DNA of 63,620 bases, filler included, from Octopus bimaculoides (lineage: Eukaryota): NCBI RefSeq assembly GCF_001194135.2. It is 8 parts of 7 records of this genome, joined end to end, with 100 filler letters (N's around TTAATTAATTAA, not from the genome) between each part and the next. Parts side by side here need not be neighbours in the genome. Positions count along the whole stretch, not along the records: positions 21,567 to 29,820 come from NC_069007.1; positions 29,921 to 33,892 come from NC_068985.1; positions 33,993 to 40,646 come from NC_068982.1; 5 more parts are not named here. One strand, 5' to 3'. Below, piece after piece: positions 26,821 to 39,024 of the stretch. The number at the start of each line of letters is the position of its first letter. The stretch's first letter is position 1. Below the pieces are notes generated by a model, which saw only the letters and a program-made list of their open reading frames with translations, did no database searches and was not told the DNA's origin. Made by a program: the position numbers and the translations under genes.

Positions 26821-27861
26821 CCTTAGATACAGATGTTATAATGATGATGATGATAATGACGGTGCTGATGGTGGCGGTGGTGATGATGATGATGATGATG
26901 ATGGTGGTGGTGATGATGATGATGATGATGATGATGATCGTGGTGGTGATGGTGATGATGATGATGATAACTACAACATCCAAACTGCTTCACTCTGATG
27001 TTGAAGGATGCTGGAATAGAGACTTGCATTGTCTCATTTTCATTCTAGCGGCCATTACCCCCCCCAACCCCATTATAGCCCCCAACAAGCGAGTTCGCCA
27101 TCACCAACACATGCATTAACATNNNNNNNNNNNNNNNNNNNNNNNNNNNNNNNNNNNNNNNNNNNNNNNNNNNNNNNNNNNNNNNNNNNNNNNNNNNNNN
27201 NNNNNNNNNNNNNNNNNNNNNNNNNNNNNNNNNNNNNNNNNNNNNNNNNNNNNNNNNNNNNNNNNNNNNNNNNNNNNNNNNNNNNNNNNNNNNNNNNNNN
27301 NNNNNNNNNNGCAACCACCACAAACAATGTCAGCGCCGCTACGACGACAACCACCACCACTACTGCTATCCAGCCATCACATCAACACCACCAACCCTAC
27401 TATTACCACCACCACCACCACCACTACCATATCACATGCACATACACACACACACAAAGGCATACGCACACACAGACAGACTCAGAATAAAACTAGAAAT
27501 CAATGGAAGGAAGGAAGGAAAAAAAAATATAAATTTTAAAAAGAATAAAAATTATTAAAAAAAAATACCTTTCGCTAGAAAAGTAAAAATTATCGGAAAA
27601 AAATTCATCAAACGATAATGAAAGAGATTCGCCGCCAAAAGCGATGATGTATTAGGTAAAAATTAACAATCAAAAACAAACAACAACAATAAAATAGGAG
27701 CAGAATGCGATGACAAAAGAAACTATAACAGCAGAAACAGTTCACCATCGCCAGCAGAACAAACCACCGTCGCCGCCATAGCAACGATAACTAATTATAA
27801 TAAAGGCTTGAAATTTTGACACGAGGGTAGTAATTTTAGGGGGGAGTGGGTAAGTCCATTA

Positions 27862-28302
27862 CTTCTGATCTTAGCTGACTGAAAATGTTATGTACAGTTG
27901 TTTGACCTTCACCAGTTGAGCATGTCCCTTAGTGGCTGACGATATGTGCATCTCTGATCATGAGCAGGAGTAGTGGGGGAGCATCATAGCCATGTGTTGA
28001 GAGCAATTCTTTGGGGTTCACACCTGGAAATACGGGTGTTTCATTCGACATCCCTTATTCAGGGACCCGGGATGGGATACTCCACTTGAAGATAATTCTA
28101 ACTGGGTCCTACTGGCAACGTCATGTGCTGTTTACCTTCATATGAGGTTACCGTGTCTCGCACATACGATTGTGATGCATGTGCATGGTGTACCCTTATC
28201 AGACGAGTGGTCATGATGGGTATATTAGGCTTCGTATATTTGTCCTCCAGCATCACTTTAATGGCGTGTGCAACCCTCACTCACTCACTCACTCACTCAC
28301 TG
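27862..28302 (+). mobile_element. Partial copy of the ~560-bp TAA-flanked non-coding element
   Basis: Aligns by eye to 52411-52973 with deletions; followed by (TAA)n. Confidence 0.75.
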
Positions 28303-28352
28303 AATAATAATAATAATGATAATAATAATAATAATAATAATAATCATTGCTT

Positions 28353-28960
28353 CTAATTTTGGCACAAAGCCAGCATTTCATCGACCCTAGTATTCAACTG
28401 GTACTGATTTTGTCAACACCTTTCCAAATATGAAGGGCGAAATCGGCCTCGGCGGAATTTGAACTCAGAACATTTAGTCCCGCGTTGCGATTTGCAATAG
28501 ATTGTTTATTTAATGGTTCGAACGATATTACGACAGCTCGTCTGTCTTCTTCAGATTCGAAATGTAAAATGAAAACAACCGCAGAAACACAGAAATTCAA
28601 AACACAAACAAGGAAATCCCGTGTTCCTATTTCGTTATTGTTCAAACCGTTAAATAAACAATCTGCAACAAACCGAATCGCGCTCTTCTTATTGTCTATT
28701 TACCATCGTGAAGAATCGCGTCAATTTCTATAAAACAACAATAATAATAATGATGGTTTCAATTTTAGCCAGGGCTAGCAATTGAGGGAGCAATCGACAC
28801 TGGTGCTAACAAGCAATACACGTACTCAACTGGTACTTATATTACGGACCTCAAAAAATGAAAGGCAAAGTCAACCTCGGCGGAATTTGAGCTTAGAACG
28901 TGAAGACGGACGAAATGCCGCATTTTGTCTGGCATGCTAACGATTCTGCCAACGTGTCGC
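28353..28960 (-). mobile_element. Two SINE family 1 copies (about 28353-28490 and 28752-28960)
   Basis: ttttggcacaa.gccagca...ggcaaagtc.acctcggcggaatttga.c. Confidence 0.75.
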
Positions 28961-29071
<111 letters not shown>

Positions 29072-29772
29072 GTTAATAATAATAATAATAATAAAACAAA
29101 GCAAACAAGGATAATACCACAAACACTAATAAGTATTATTAACCAAAACAAACAATAATAAAAAACATCTCATAAAAATTTAACAAAAACCAATAAAGAC
29201 CAAGATTAAGCAAACAAAAGGTTTTCTCGAGAAAACGTAATAAAAATGGTTAGAAACACGAAAAATAAAGAAAAACAACATAAAAATCAATAGTAAAGAA
29301 AGGAAAACACAAATAAGAAGGTAAGATAAAACAGAAACAATCTCTCTCTGCTCTACGAAATAAATACATATGTAGGAAAAGAACCTCATCTAACATACAC
29401 ACACACGCGCGCATATACACACACGCATGTACACACACAGCAGACATATACAAACAAACACACGCATACACACGCAAACATATATGTATAAGAAAGAATT
29501 TCTAACACACATAAACGCAGGCACAAATACAGACGCACACACATACACACGCACACACATATATATAAAAGAAAGAATCCTCTCTACACATACACGCACA
29601 CACACGCACACACACATAGAGACATGCATATATGAGTGTGTACATATACAAAATATATATACATATATGTATGTATAAACATGCATATATACACACACAT
29701 ACATAGATATATACACATACATACATATATATATACATATATATGTATATATACACACATATATTTACAAAC

Positions 29773-29820
<48 letters not shown>

Positions 29821-29920
29821 NNNNNNNNNNNNNNNNNNNNNNNNNNNNNNNNNNNNNNNNNNNNTTAATTAATTAANNNNNNNNNNNNNNNNNNNNNNNN
29901 NNNNNNNNNNNNNNNNNNNN
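29821..29920. other. Artificial scaffold spacer 4
   Basis: TTAATTAATTAA at 29865-29876. Confidence 0.97.
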
Positions 29921-32900
29921 ATATCTAAAGTTCGTGGCCTGGATGATGACGATGTTCGCCCAATGCTCGAAATGCGACTACGATCAAACGATGTTTCTGG
30001 CTCAAATAAACTGCTGCTATCTAAAGTTCGTGGCCTGGATGATGACGATGTTCTTCGCCCAATGCTCGAAATGCGACCACGATCAAACGATGTTTCTGGA
30101 TCAAATAAACTGCTGCTATCTAAAGTTCGTGGCCTGGATGATGACGATGTTCTTCGCCCGGGGCTCGAAATGCGACTACGATCAAACGATGTTTCTGGCT
30201 CCAATAAACTGCTGCTATCTAAAGTTCGTGACCTGGATGATGACGATGTTCTTCGCCCGGGGCTCGAAATGCGACTATGATCAAACGATGTTTCTGGCTC
30301 AAATAAACTGCTGCTATCTAAAGTTCGTGACCTGGATGATGACGATGTTCTTCGCCCAGGGCTCGAAATGCGACTACGATCAAACGATGTTTCTGGCTCC
30401 ATTAAAGTGCTGCTATCTAAAGTTCGTGACCTGGATGATGACGATGTTCTTCGCCCAGGGCTCGAAATGCGACGTAATATGGATGCTGGTCTCGTATAAG
30501 TGCTGCGTAATGGCCTTGGTAACCGATACTGTGATGCTGTCAATAGGGACGCTGGTTTCGTATAGGTACCACGACGTAATATGGACGTTGGCTCTGTATA
30601 GGTACCACGGCGTGCTCCATCAGTAACTATTGATTCCTCACGTAATATGGACGCAGGCCTTGTATAAGTACCACGATTTATTCCATCGGCACTTTTCAAT
30701 TCCACTGGTAATATGGATGCTGATGCTGTAGAGGTACCACGACCCATAACATTGATACGCCTTTGGTTATCCCATATTTCTGCCAAAGAGTCTTCAAAAT
30801 CACGACTCCATCTCGACGTATCAGGGTCCCATGTTACGAAAGGAGATACTTGTTGTGCAAATTCTTGAGGATCAATTATTATATTTGTTGTTTGAATGTC
30901 ACCTGCCATATAATGCTCGGGTGTGCATGCGTCAGACCACAAAGAGCTGAGTGGCTCTGAACTGCGACGTGGCCTTGATAACCGAAACTGTGATGGTGTC
31001 CTTCGTCCAAAGATCGCACTGTCACGAGGTGTACTTGGTAACTGATATTGTGACAATGTGCTTCGTCTAGGGCTCCAAATGCGACGAAGACGAAATGATG
31101 TTTCTGGTCCCAATGAACTGGAGCTGGAATATTTCACTGATGGGGATTTATGCCTAGAATCTTCTCTGTAAGGATTTGCCCAAAATTCTGCCAAACTATC
31201 ATCAAAATCACGACTCCATCTCGAAGTGTCAGGGTCCCATGTTACAAAAGGATTTACTTGTTGTTGAAATTCTTGAGGATCAATTATTATATTTGTTGTT
31301 TGAAAGTCACGTAACTTTCGTGACTTATATTCCGACGAAGCACTACTGTCATAGCTAGAACTGCTACGGTTTGAATCATCGCTCAATATGGATGCTGGTC
31401 TCGTATAAGTGCTGCGTAATGGCCTTGGTAACCGATACTGTGATGGTGTCCTTCGTCCAGAGATCGAACTGCTGTGACGTGGACTTGGCAATTGATATTG
31501 TGACGGCGTGCTTCGTCTAGAGCTTGAACTACGACGAAGACGAAATGATGTTTCTGGCTCCAAGAAACCGCCTCTATCTAGAGTTCGTGACCTTGATGAT
31601 GACGATGTTCTTCGCCCAGGGATCGAAATATCACTATCATCCAACAGTGTTTCTGGTACAAAGTAACCGATGCTATCTACAGTTCGTGATCTGGATGATG
31701 GCGATGTTATTCGCCCAATGCTCGAAATGCCACTAAGATCAGAGGGTGTTTCTGGCTCCAAGAAACCGCCTCTATCTAAAGTTCGTGACCTTAAGTCTAT
31801 CTCGTCTACTAACATAGAATGTGGTTCAACGATATAATATGAACTGCTGTCACCTATAGAATGTGGTTCAACGATATAACATGAACTGCTGTCACCTATA
31901 GAATCTGGTTCAACAATATAACATGAACTGCCGCCACTACGATCAAACGATGTTTCTGCATCAGAGAAACCGCTGCTTTCTAAAGATATTGTCCTTAAGT
32001 CTATCTCGTTTGGTAACATAGAATCTGGTTCAACGATATAACATGAACTGCCGCCACTACGATCAAACGATGTTTCTGCATCAGAGAAACCGCTGCTTTC
32101 TAAAGATATTGTCCTTAAGTCTATCTCGTCTGCTAACATAGAATGTGGTTCAACGATATAACATGAACTGCTGTCACCTATAGAATCTGGTTCAACGATA
32201 TAACATGAACTGCTGCCATCTAAAGTTCGTGACCTGGATGATGACGATGTTCTTCGCCCAATGCTCGAAATGCCACTAAGATCAGAGGGTGTTTCTGGCT
32301 CCAAGAAACTNNNNNNNNNNNNNNNNNNNNNNNNNNNNNNNNNNNNNNNNNNNNNNNNNNNNNNNNNNNNNNNNNNNNNNNNNNNNNNNNNNNNNNNNNN
32401 NNNNNNNNNNNNNNNNNNNNNNNNNNNNNNNNNNNNNNNNNNNNNNNNNNNNNNNNNNNNNNNNNNNNNNNNNNNNNNNNNNNNNNNNNNNNNNNNNNNN
32501 NNNNNNNNNNNNNNNNNNNNNNNNNNNNNNNNNNNNNNNNNNNNNNNNNNNNNNNNNNNNNNNNNNNNNNNNNNNNNNNNNNNNNNNNNNNNNNNNNNNN
32601 NNNNNNNNNNNNNNNNNNNNNNNNNNNNNNNNNNNNNNNNNNNNNNNNNNNNNNNNNNNNNNNNNNNNNNNNNNNNNNNNNNNNNNNNNNNNNNNNNNNN
32701 NNNNNNNNNNNNNNNNNNNNNNNNNNNNNNNNNNNNNNNNNNNNNNNNNNNNNNNNNNNNNNNNNNNNNNNNNNNNNNNNNNNNNNNNNNNNNNNNNNNN
32801 NNNNNNNNNNNNNNNNNNNNNNNNNNNNNNNNNNNNNNNNNNNNNNNNNNNNNNNNNNNNNNNNNNNNNNNNNNNNTAGAATCTGGTTCAACAATATAAC

Positions 32901-33892
32901 ATGAACTGTTGCCATCTAAAGTTCGTGACCTGGATGATGACGATGTTCTTCGCCCAATGCTCGAAATGCCACTAAGATCAGAGGGTGTTTCTGGCTCCAA
33001 GAAACTGCCTCTATCTAAAGTTCGTGACCTTAAGTCTATCTCGTCTGCAAACGTAGAATGTGGTTCAACGATATAATATGAACTGCCGTCACCTATAGAA
33101 TCTGGTTCAACGATATAACATGAACTGCTGCCACCTATAGAATGTGGTTCAACGATATAACATGAACTGCTGTCACCTATAGAATCCGGTTCAACGATAT
33201 AACATGAACTGCTGTCGCCTATAGAATCTGGTTCAACAATATAACATGAACTGCTGCCATCTAAAGTTCGTGACCTGGATGATGACGATGTTCTTCGCCC
33301 AATGCTCGAAATGCCACTAAGATCAGAGGGTGTTTCTGGCTCCAAGAAACCGCTGGTATCTAAAGTTATTGTCCTTAAGTCTATCTCGTCTGTTAACATA
33401 GAATCTGGTTCAACGATATAACATGAACTGCTATCACCTATAGAATCTGGTTCAACGATATAACATGAACTGCTGCCACCTATAGAATGTGGTTCAACGA
33501 TATAACATGAACTGCTGTTACCTATAGAATCTGGTTCAACGATATAACATGAACTGCCGTCACCTATAGAATCTGGTTCAACGATATAACATGAACTGCT
33601 GTCACCTATAGAATCTGGTTCAACGATATAACATGAACTGCTGCCATCTACAGTTCGTGCTCTGGATGATGGCGATGATATTCGCCGAATGCTCGAAATG
33701 CCACTAAGATCGGAGGGTGTTTCTGGCTCCAAGAAACCGCCTCTATCTACAGTTCGTGCTCTGGATGATGGCGATGATATTCGCCCAATGCTCGAAATGC
33801 CACTAAGATCGGAGGGTGTTTCTGGCTCCAAGAAACCGCGTCTATCTAAAGTTCGTGATCTGGATGATGGCGATGATATTCGCCCAATGCTC
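29921..33892 (-). CDS. Partial giant exon encoding an unassigned Ser/Arg/Pro-rich multi-repeat, probably disordered protein; both ends missing
   Basis: No stop in one frame over about 3.4 kb of resolved sequence on both sides of the 32311-32875 gap. The frame is also open upstream of the listed start at 33831 (..SIGRISSPSSRSRTLDRRGFLEPETP). Repeat units are 42 nt and 96/99 nt, with a 408-nt duplication offset, all multiples of 3. Confidence 0.8.
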
Positions 33893-33992
33893 NNNNNNNN
33901 NNNNNNNNNNNNNNNNNNNNNNNNNNNNNNNNNNNNTTAATTAATTAANNNNNNNNNNNNNNNNNNNNNNNNNNNNNNNNNNNNNNNNNNNN
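33893..33992. other. Artificial scaffold spacer 5
   Basis: TTAATTAATTAA at 33937-33948. Confidence 0.97.
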
Positions 33993-34157
33993 TATATTTA
34001 TTTATTTATCTATTTATTTATATCTTTCTCCGTTTTCTTCCTCTGTTTAGACGAACTTTCCTACCTTTTCGGACAAAACCTTTTGTAACCTTCGTCCTGT
34101 CTTTGTCCATACATGTTTTTAATTGATATTAGCCCTTGTGGCCAATAAAACGAATTA

Positions 34158-34190
<33 letters not shown>

Positions 34191-34208
34191 TTTAATGTTA
34201 TTATTATT

Positions 34209-34370
34209 GCCTTTGCACAGCTTCTAACGCTAGAGATGTATTACAGTGTCAGCTGTTCACTACCAGTGAACTAAGGTAACGTAACACCTTTTATTTTTCG
34301 AGCACCTTCCGGTGTATTCGAGCGATTCCAAGCAGTGCTGTTTTCTGCAAGTACTCCACCCTTATTGCAG
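34209..34370 (-). mobile_element. R4/Dong-like LINE 3' end in a (TAA)n array
   Basis: AIRVEYLQKTALLGIARIHRKVLEK* plus 3' UTR; TTA arrays on both sides. Confidence 0.75.
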
Positions 34371-34817
34371 CTTATTATTATTATTACTATTATCATTATT
34401 ATTATTATCATTATTACTTCATATACACACCACAGATTAAACTGTTGGAAAAGAAAAATTCCTAACATTAGCTACAAGTAACCTTGGATGCCAAGATCCT
34501 TCGTAAGTACCCTAGCAAATCCCTAATAATACTGTTTTCTGGAGTTGCACTAAACTAGGTTTTATGTCTGTTTCCTCTATCTATCTGTTCAAATCGTTAG
34601 GGATGGTTCTTAATGCACCTACAACTATAGGAATATATTTTACTCGCACTTTCTATAATCTCTGTAACTCAATAGCTAGGCCCTGGTACTTTGCTATTTT
34701 CTCTATACCACACAAATTGATTTTTTCATCGTTCGGGACTGTAAAGTCAGTTACCTGACACTCTCTATGGTAATTGGCTTTACAGTCCCAAATGATGAGA
34801 AAGTCAATATGGGTATC

Positions 34818-34877
<60 letters not shown>

Positions 34878-35817
34878 GTCTTTGCACAGCTTCTAACGCT
34901 GAAAATGTACCACAGTTTCAGCTGTTCACTACCAGTGAACTAAGGTAACACCTCTTATTTTTCGAGCACCTTCCGGAGTATTCGAGCGGTTCCAAGCAGT
35001 GCTGTTTTCTGCAAGTGCACCACCCTTATTGCAGCCCCTATTTACTCCACGTACTTCTCGAGATTTTTGCTCACTGTTCCCAGGGCTCCGACAATTATTG
35101 GTACTACTGCCATCTTTTTCATCGACTACAACTGCTTAACATCAGGCTTTCGGTGGTACGCTTCAAATCACCTCGCTCAAGCAATGCCCACGATGCTGTA
35201 TTATCCTTAACGTCTTGTGTATTCCTTTCAAACTATCCATGCATTCTCATTTCAAGAAGGTCTTCTTTTCTCTTCTCTTCAGCTCTTTGGTTAAATTCTT
35301 CCTTACCCATCATTTCGTCTGCATTTACACCCATATCTTTCGCGGCATATTGCAGCGGGTCTTCATCACTATTTATCAAATACTGGGCAAGCGTTCTCCT
35401 TTCACTCCTTATACAATGGTCTATACTAATTAGTCCTCTGCCGCCATTCTTTCTTTTCATATACTGTCTGTTTACGTTTGCTTTAGGGTGTAGCGCCCCA
35501 TGCAGCGTCATCAACTTTCTCGTCCTTCTATTCAGTGTTGATATTTCCTCCTTAATCCACTTGAGGATGGACGCACTATATCTGACCACCGCAACTGCCC
35601 AGATATTCATTGCGGTAATCAAATTTTTGGCATTCAGGCTGGATTTCAACACCATCTTCATCCTTTTTTGATACGCCTCGCTGATCTTGACTTTCATTTC
35701 TCTGCGTAGAATGTCATCCAGCTCCCAAATCCCTAAATATCTATACCCACTACCGTCGGATTCACCCATGGTCTCCCCTGATGGTAACCGCAATCCTCTG
35801 CAGGCTGCTTTCTTGCC
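34878..35817 (-). mobile_element. R4/Dong-like (REL-endonuclease) LINE, 5'-truncated and internally deleted
   Basis: YRYLGIWE..SSLNAKNLITAMNIWAVAVVRYS..RRTRKLMTLHGALHPKANVNRQYMKRKNGGRGL; then GDLKRTTESLM joined directly to VVPIIVGALGTVSKNLEKY..LQKTALLGTARILRKVLEK*. Confidence 0.85.
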
Positions 35818-36159
35818 TTATTATTATTATTATTATTATTGTTATTATTTATTATTATTAATTATTAATTATTATTATTTTATCGTTTTACTTATCAGAA
35901 CGTTCGGTTTTGTTTGTTCTGGTAGATTCTGCGAGAGCGGACAGTAGCCTGCTGTCAGAGGCGTCACAGGGTCTCTTACCGCACATTATAAGCTTTGATA
36001 TTTGGTTGTTAATTATCGTGGGAGACATTCAACATCCAAGTACTAATCTCAAAAGTATCAGGCATAAACATTATTTGGAAATGGTCATCTTATTTGCTGC
36101 AAAAAAAACAAATAAATAAAAATTATAAAAACAGAGAGAGAGAGAGAGAGAGACAGAGA

Positions 36160-36194
<35 letters not shown>

Positions 36195-36308
36195 GAGTTA
36201 GAACTAGAAAAACATAATGAACAATAAAAGTCCAGTTATAACTGGACCTTAAAACATACATGACATTTCATATTTTGTAAAGAATGTTAATTTTTATTAT
36301 TTTATTAC

Positions 36309-36556
36309 CTCGAAATTATTTATGTAACCTCCTCCACCGTACGTGTTCCACATACCAATAATTGGTATGCCATTTATTTTAGAAGCTGGAGTATACTTCC
36401 AAGAATCCAATGTTAAGTTGTTGATGCTCTCATTGTGTGGACATCCAAAGACTGATTCCGGTTGCCACTGAAGACAAAAAGGATCCTTTAATTCGTCCAG
36501 CAAATTGTATCCTTTATTACAACTTTTGATTTTAAGATTCGATTTATCACAATTTT
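36309..36556 (-). CDS. Polycystin-1-like protein, TOP-domain exon (NCDK..SCNKGY..WKY..GMWNTYGGGGYINNFE)
   Basis: Acceptor ttttcctaatttgcag, donor GTAATA, 248 nt, phase 1 to 0; hallmark G..xYGGGGY motif. Confidence 0.88.
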
Positions 36557-36737
36557 CTGCAAATTAGGAAAAGCACATTTTTTAAAAAACGTACATCAAT
36601 ATTTTACTACTGATTAATATTCAAATAGTTTCAAAGCGTTGACTAGTATTCGCTAATTGGATTACATAATCAGAGACTATAAATATATCCAAATATATTT
36701 GCAAGTTAACATAGGTGTGTGTGTGTATTATATCCAT

Positions 36738-36796
<59 letters not shown>

Positions 36797-36825
36797 ATTA
36801 TTATTATTATTAGTAGTATTATTAT

Positions 36826-36864
36826 TGAGTGAGAGAACAGCGCATGCCATCAAAGTGACACTGG

Positions 36865-36868
<4 letters not shown>
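36826..36868 (-). mobile_element. Terminal fragment of the TAA-flanked non-coding element
   Basis: attattgagtgagag.acag.gcatgccatcaaagtgacactgggg is the reverse complement of the 52930-52975 end. Confidence 0.65.
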
Positions 36869-36898
<30 letters not shown>

Positions 36899-37493
36899 AA
36901 TCCCTTAGATATCGACATGTGGAGATAAATTGAGCTAAGAACGCAAAGACTGTAATACAGATAGCAAAGTATATCGTCCAACGCTCCAACAATTCTCACT
37001 CCTTGGACTGCAACTTTATCAACCCAGAGAAAGTGAAGTTGCTCTCGACAGGATTTGAACTCAGAGTGCTAGGAACAAGAACGAACATCGTAAAGCATTC
37101 TAATTTATTTGAGCAATTCTGCGGATTCGCCAATAGTGATAGCAAAAAGATTTGGTTGCTATTTCTAACAGGTCGAACAACAAAAGGGAGATTCCTTTGT
37201 TGGTACGTTTGCGATATTTCTTTAATTTTTTTGTGGTAATTATTTCAATACACATCGCAACGTATGTAGCCCACGCACCAACAATCCTCACTCCTTGAAC
37301 TGCTGTTTTATCAACCGAGAAAAAGCAAAAGGCAAAGTTGCTCTTGACAAGATTTGAACGCAGCGCGCTAGGAACAAGAACGAAAATCGTAAAGCATTCT
37401 ATCTAATTTATTCTAGCAATTCTGTGAATTCACCCACAGTTTTCAGTACCAAACAGATTTATAGCGCCAAAATCGATTAATAGATTAAACAAC

Positions 37494-37671
37494 CTGACTT
37501 TTTGACTCTCAGTTGTCGCAATCTTGCCGGACCGATCTTTATATTTACGCCATCTGATATATACATTTTCTCAATAGAAACCATTTTCTTCTTAAAAATA
37601 CTTGCAGTCGGAAAAAAATTCGGGAAAACAACATTTTCCATCCAGTCGAAGTATAATTTCACAGTTTTCAC
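37494..37671 (-). CDS. Polycystin-1-like protein, polycystin-domain exon (VKTVKLYFDWMENVVFP..IGPARLRQLRVKKS)
   Basis: Acceptor tttctttttcccgttgcag, donor GTTGTT, 178 nt, phase 0 to 1; hallmark G..RLRQLRV motif. Confidence 0.9.
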
Positions 37672-38250
37672 CTGCAACGGGAAAAAGAAAATAATGTTAT
37701 CAAAATAATACAAAAATCAAATGATGCGACATTTGTATAAACACATGACTGACAGAAGCTGCAGTGTGGCTCTAAATAAAATATAAACGTCGAGTAGTTT
37801 CTGTTGTTAGTTGTAACTGAATCACTTATGACATTAATAACTGCTATTCTTGTTACTGCTGCTGCCATTGTAGTAGTTACTGTTTTGTTCAAGACCAGCA
37901 CTGATGGAATAAATAATAATCATAGGCATTCTAGTATGCAAACACGACGTGTTTTTGTACATCTTGGACTACATTACCAAACGAATCCTACATTTTGCTT
38001 TTAAACACAATACGATGTGCCATCAAAAAGATTTGGTTGCTATCTCTAACAGGTCGAACAACAAAATGGAAATTCTTTTATTGGTACGTTTGTGACATTA
38101 CCTCTGTTTTGTGTGTGTGTGTGTGGAAATGATTTCATTTCATTTAACAACCACCTTGGACAAATTTTTCTATCATAGTTGTGGGTCATCAATGCCTCAT
38201 GAGTGAATTTGGCAAACAGAAACTGTATGGAAGCTCGTCGTTTATACACA

Positions 38251-38296
<46 letters not shown>

Positions 38297-39024
38297 NNNN
38301 NNNNNNNNNNNNNNNNNNNNNNNNNNNNNNNNNNNNNNNNNNNNNNNNNNNNNNNNNNNNNNNNNNNNNNNNNNNNNNNNNNNNNNNNNNNNNNNNNNNN
38401 NNNNNNNNNNNNNNNNNNNNNNNNNNNNNNNNNNNNNNNNNNNNNNNNNNNNNNNNNNNNNNNNNNNNNNNNNNNNNNNNNNNNNNNNNNNNNNNNNNNN
38501 NNNNNNNNNNNNNNNNNNNNNNNNNNNNNNNNNNNNNNNNNNNNNNNNNNNNNNNNNNNNNNNNNNNNNNNNNNNNNNNNNNNNNNNNNNNNNNNNNNNN
38601 NNNNNNNNNNNNNNNNNNNNNNNNNNNNNNNNNNNNNNNNNNNNNNNNNNNNNNNNNNNNNNNNNNNNNNNNNNNNNNNNNNNNNNNNNNNNNNNNNNNN
38701 NNNNNNNNNNNNNNNNNNNNNNNNNNNNNNNNNNNNNNNNNNNNNNNNNNNNNNNNNNNNNNNNNNNNNNNNNNNNNNNNNNNNNNNNNNNNNNNNNNNN
38801 NNNNNNNNNNNNNNNNNNNNNNNNNNNNNNNNNNNNNNNNNNNNNNNNNNNNNNNNNNNNNNNNNNNNNNNNNNNNNNNNNNNNNNNNNNNNNNNNNNNN
38901 NNNNNNNNNNNNNNNNNNNNNNNNNNNNNNNNNNNNNNNNNNNNNNNNNNNNNNNNNNNNNNNNNNNNNNNNNNNNNNNNNNNNNNNNNNNNNNNNNNNN
39001 NNNNNNNNNNNNNNNNNNNNNNNN

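Noticed and set aside
29934-30626. Plus-strand 230-aa and 105-aa repeat ORFs (MAWMMTMF.., MLEMRLRS..)
   Set aside because: Antisense shadows of the 99-bp array; they stop, whereas the minus frame continues through unique sequence.
31815-33645. CRISPR-like appearance of regularly spaced repeats
   Set aside because: Head-to-tail coding repeats with no unique spacers, in eukaryotic DNA with no cas genes.
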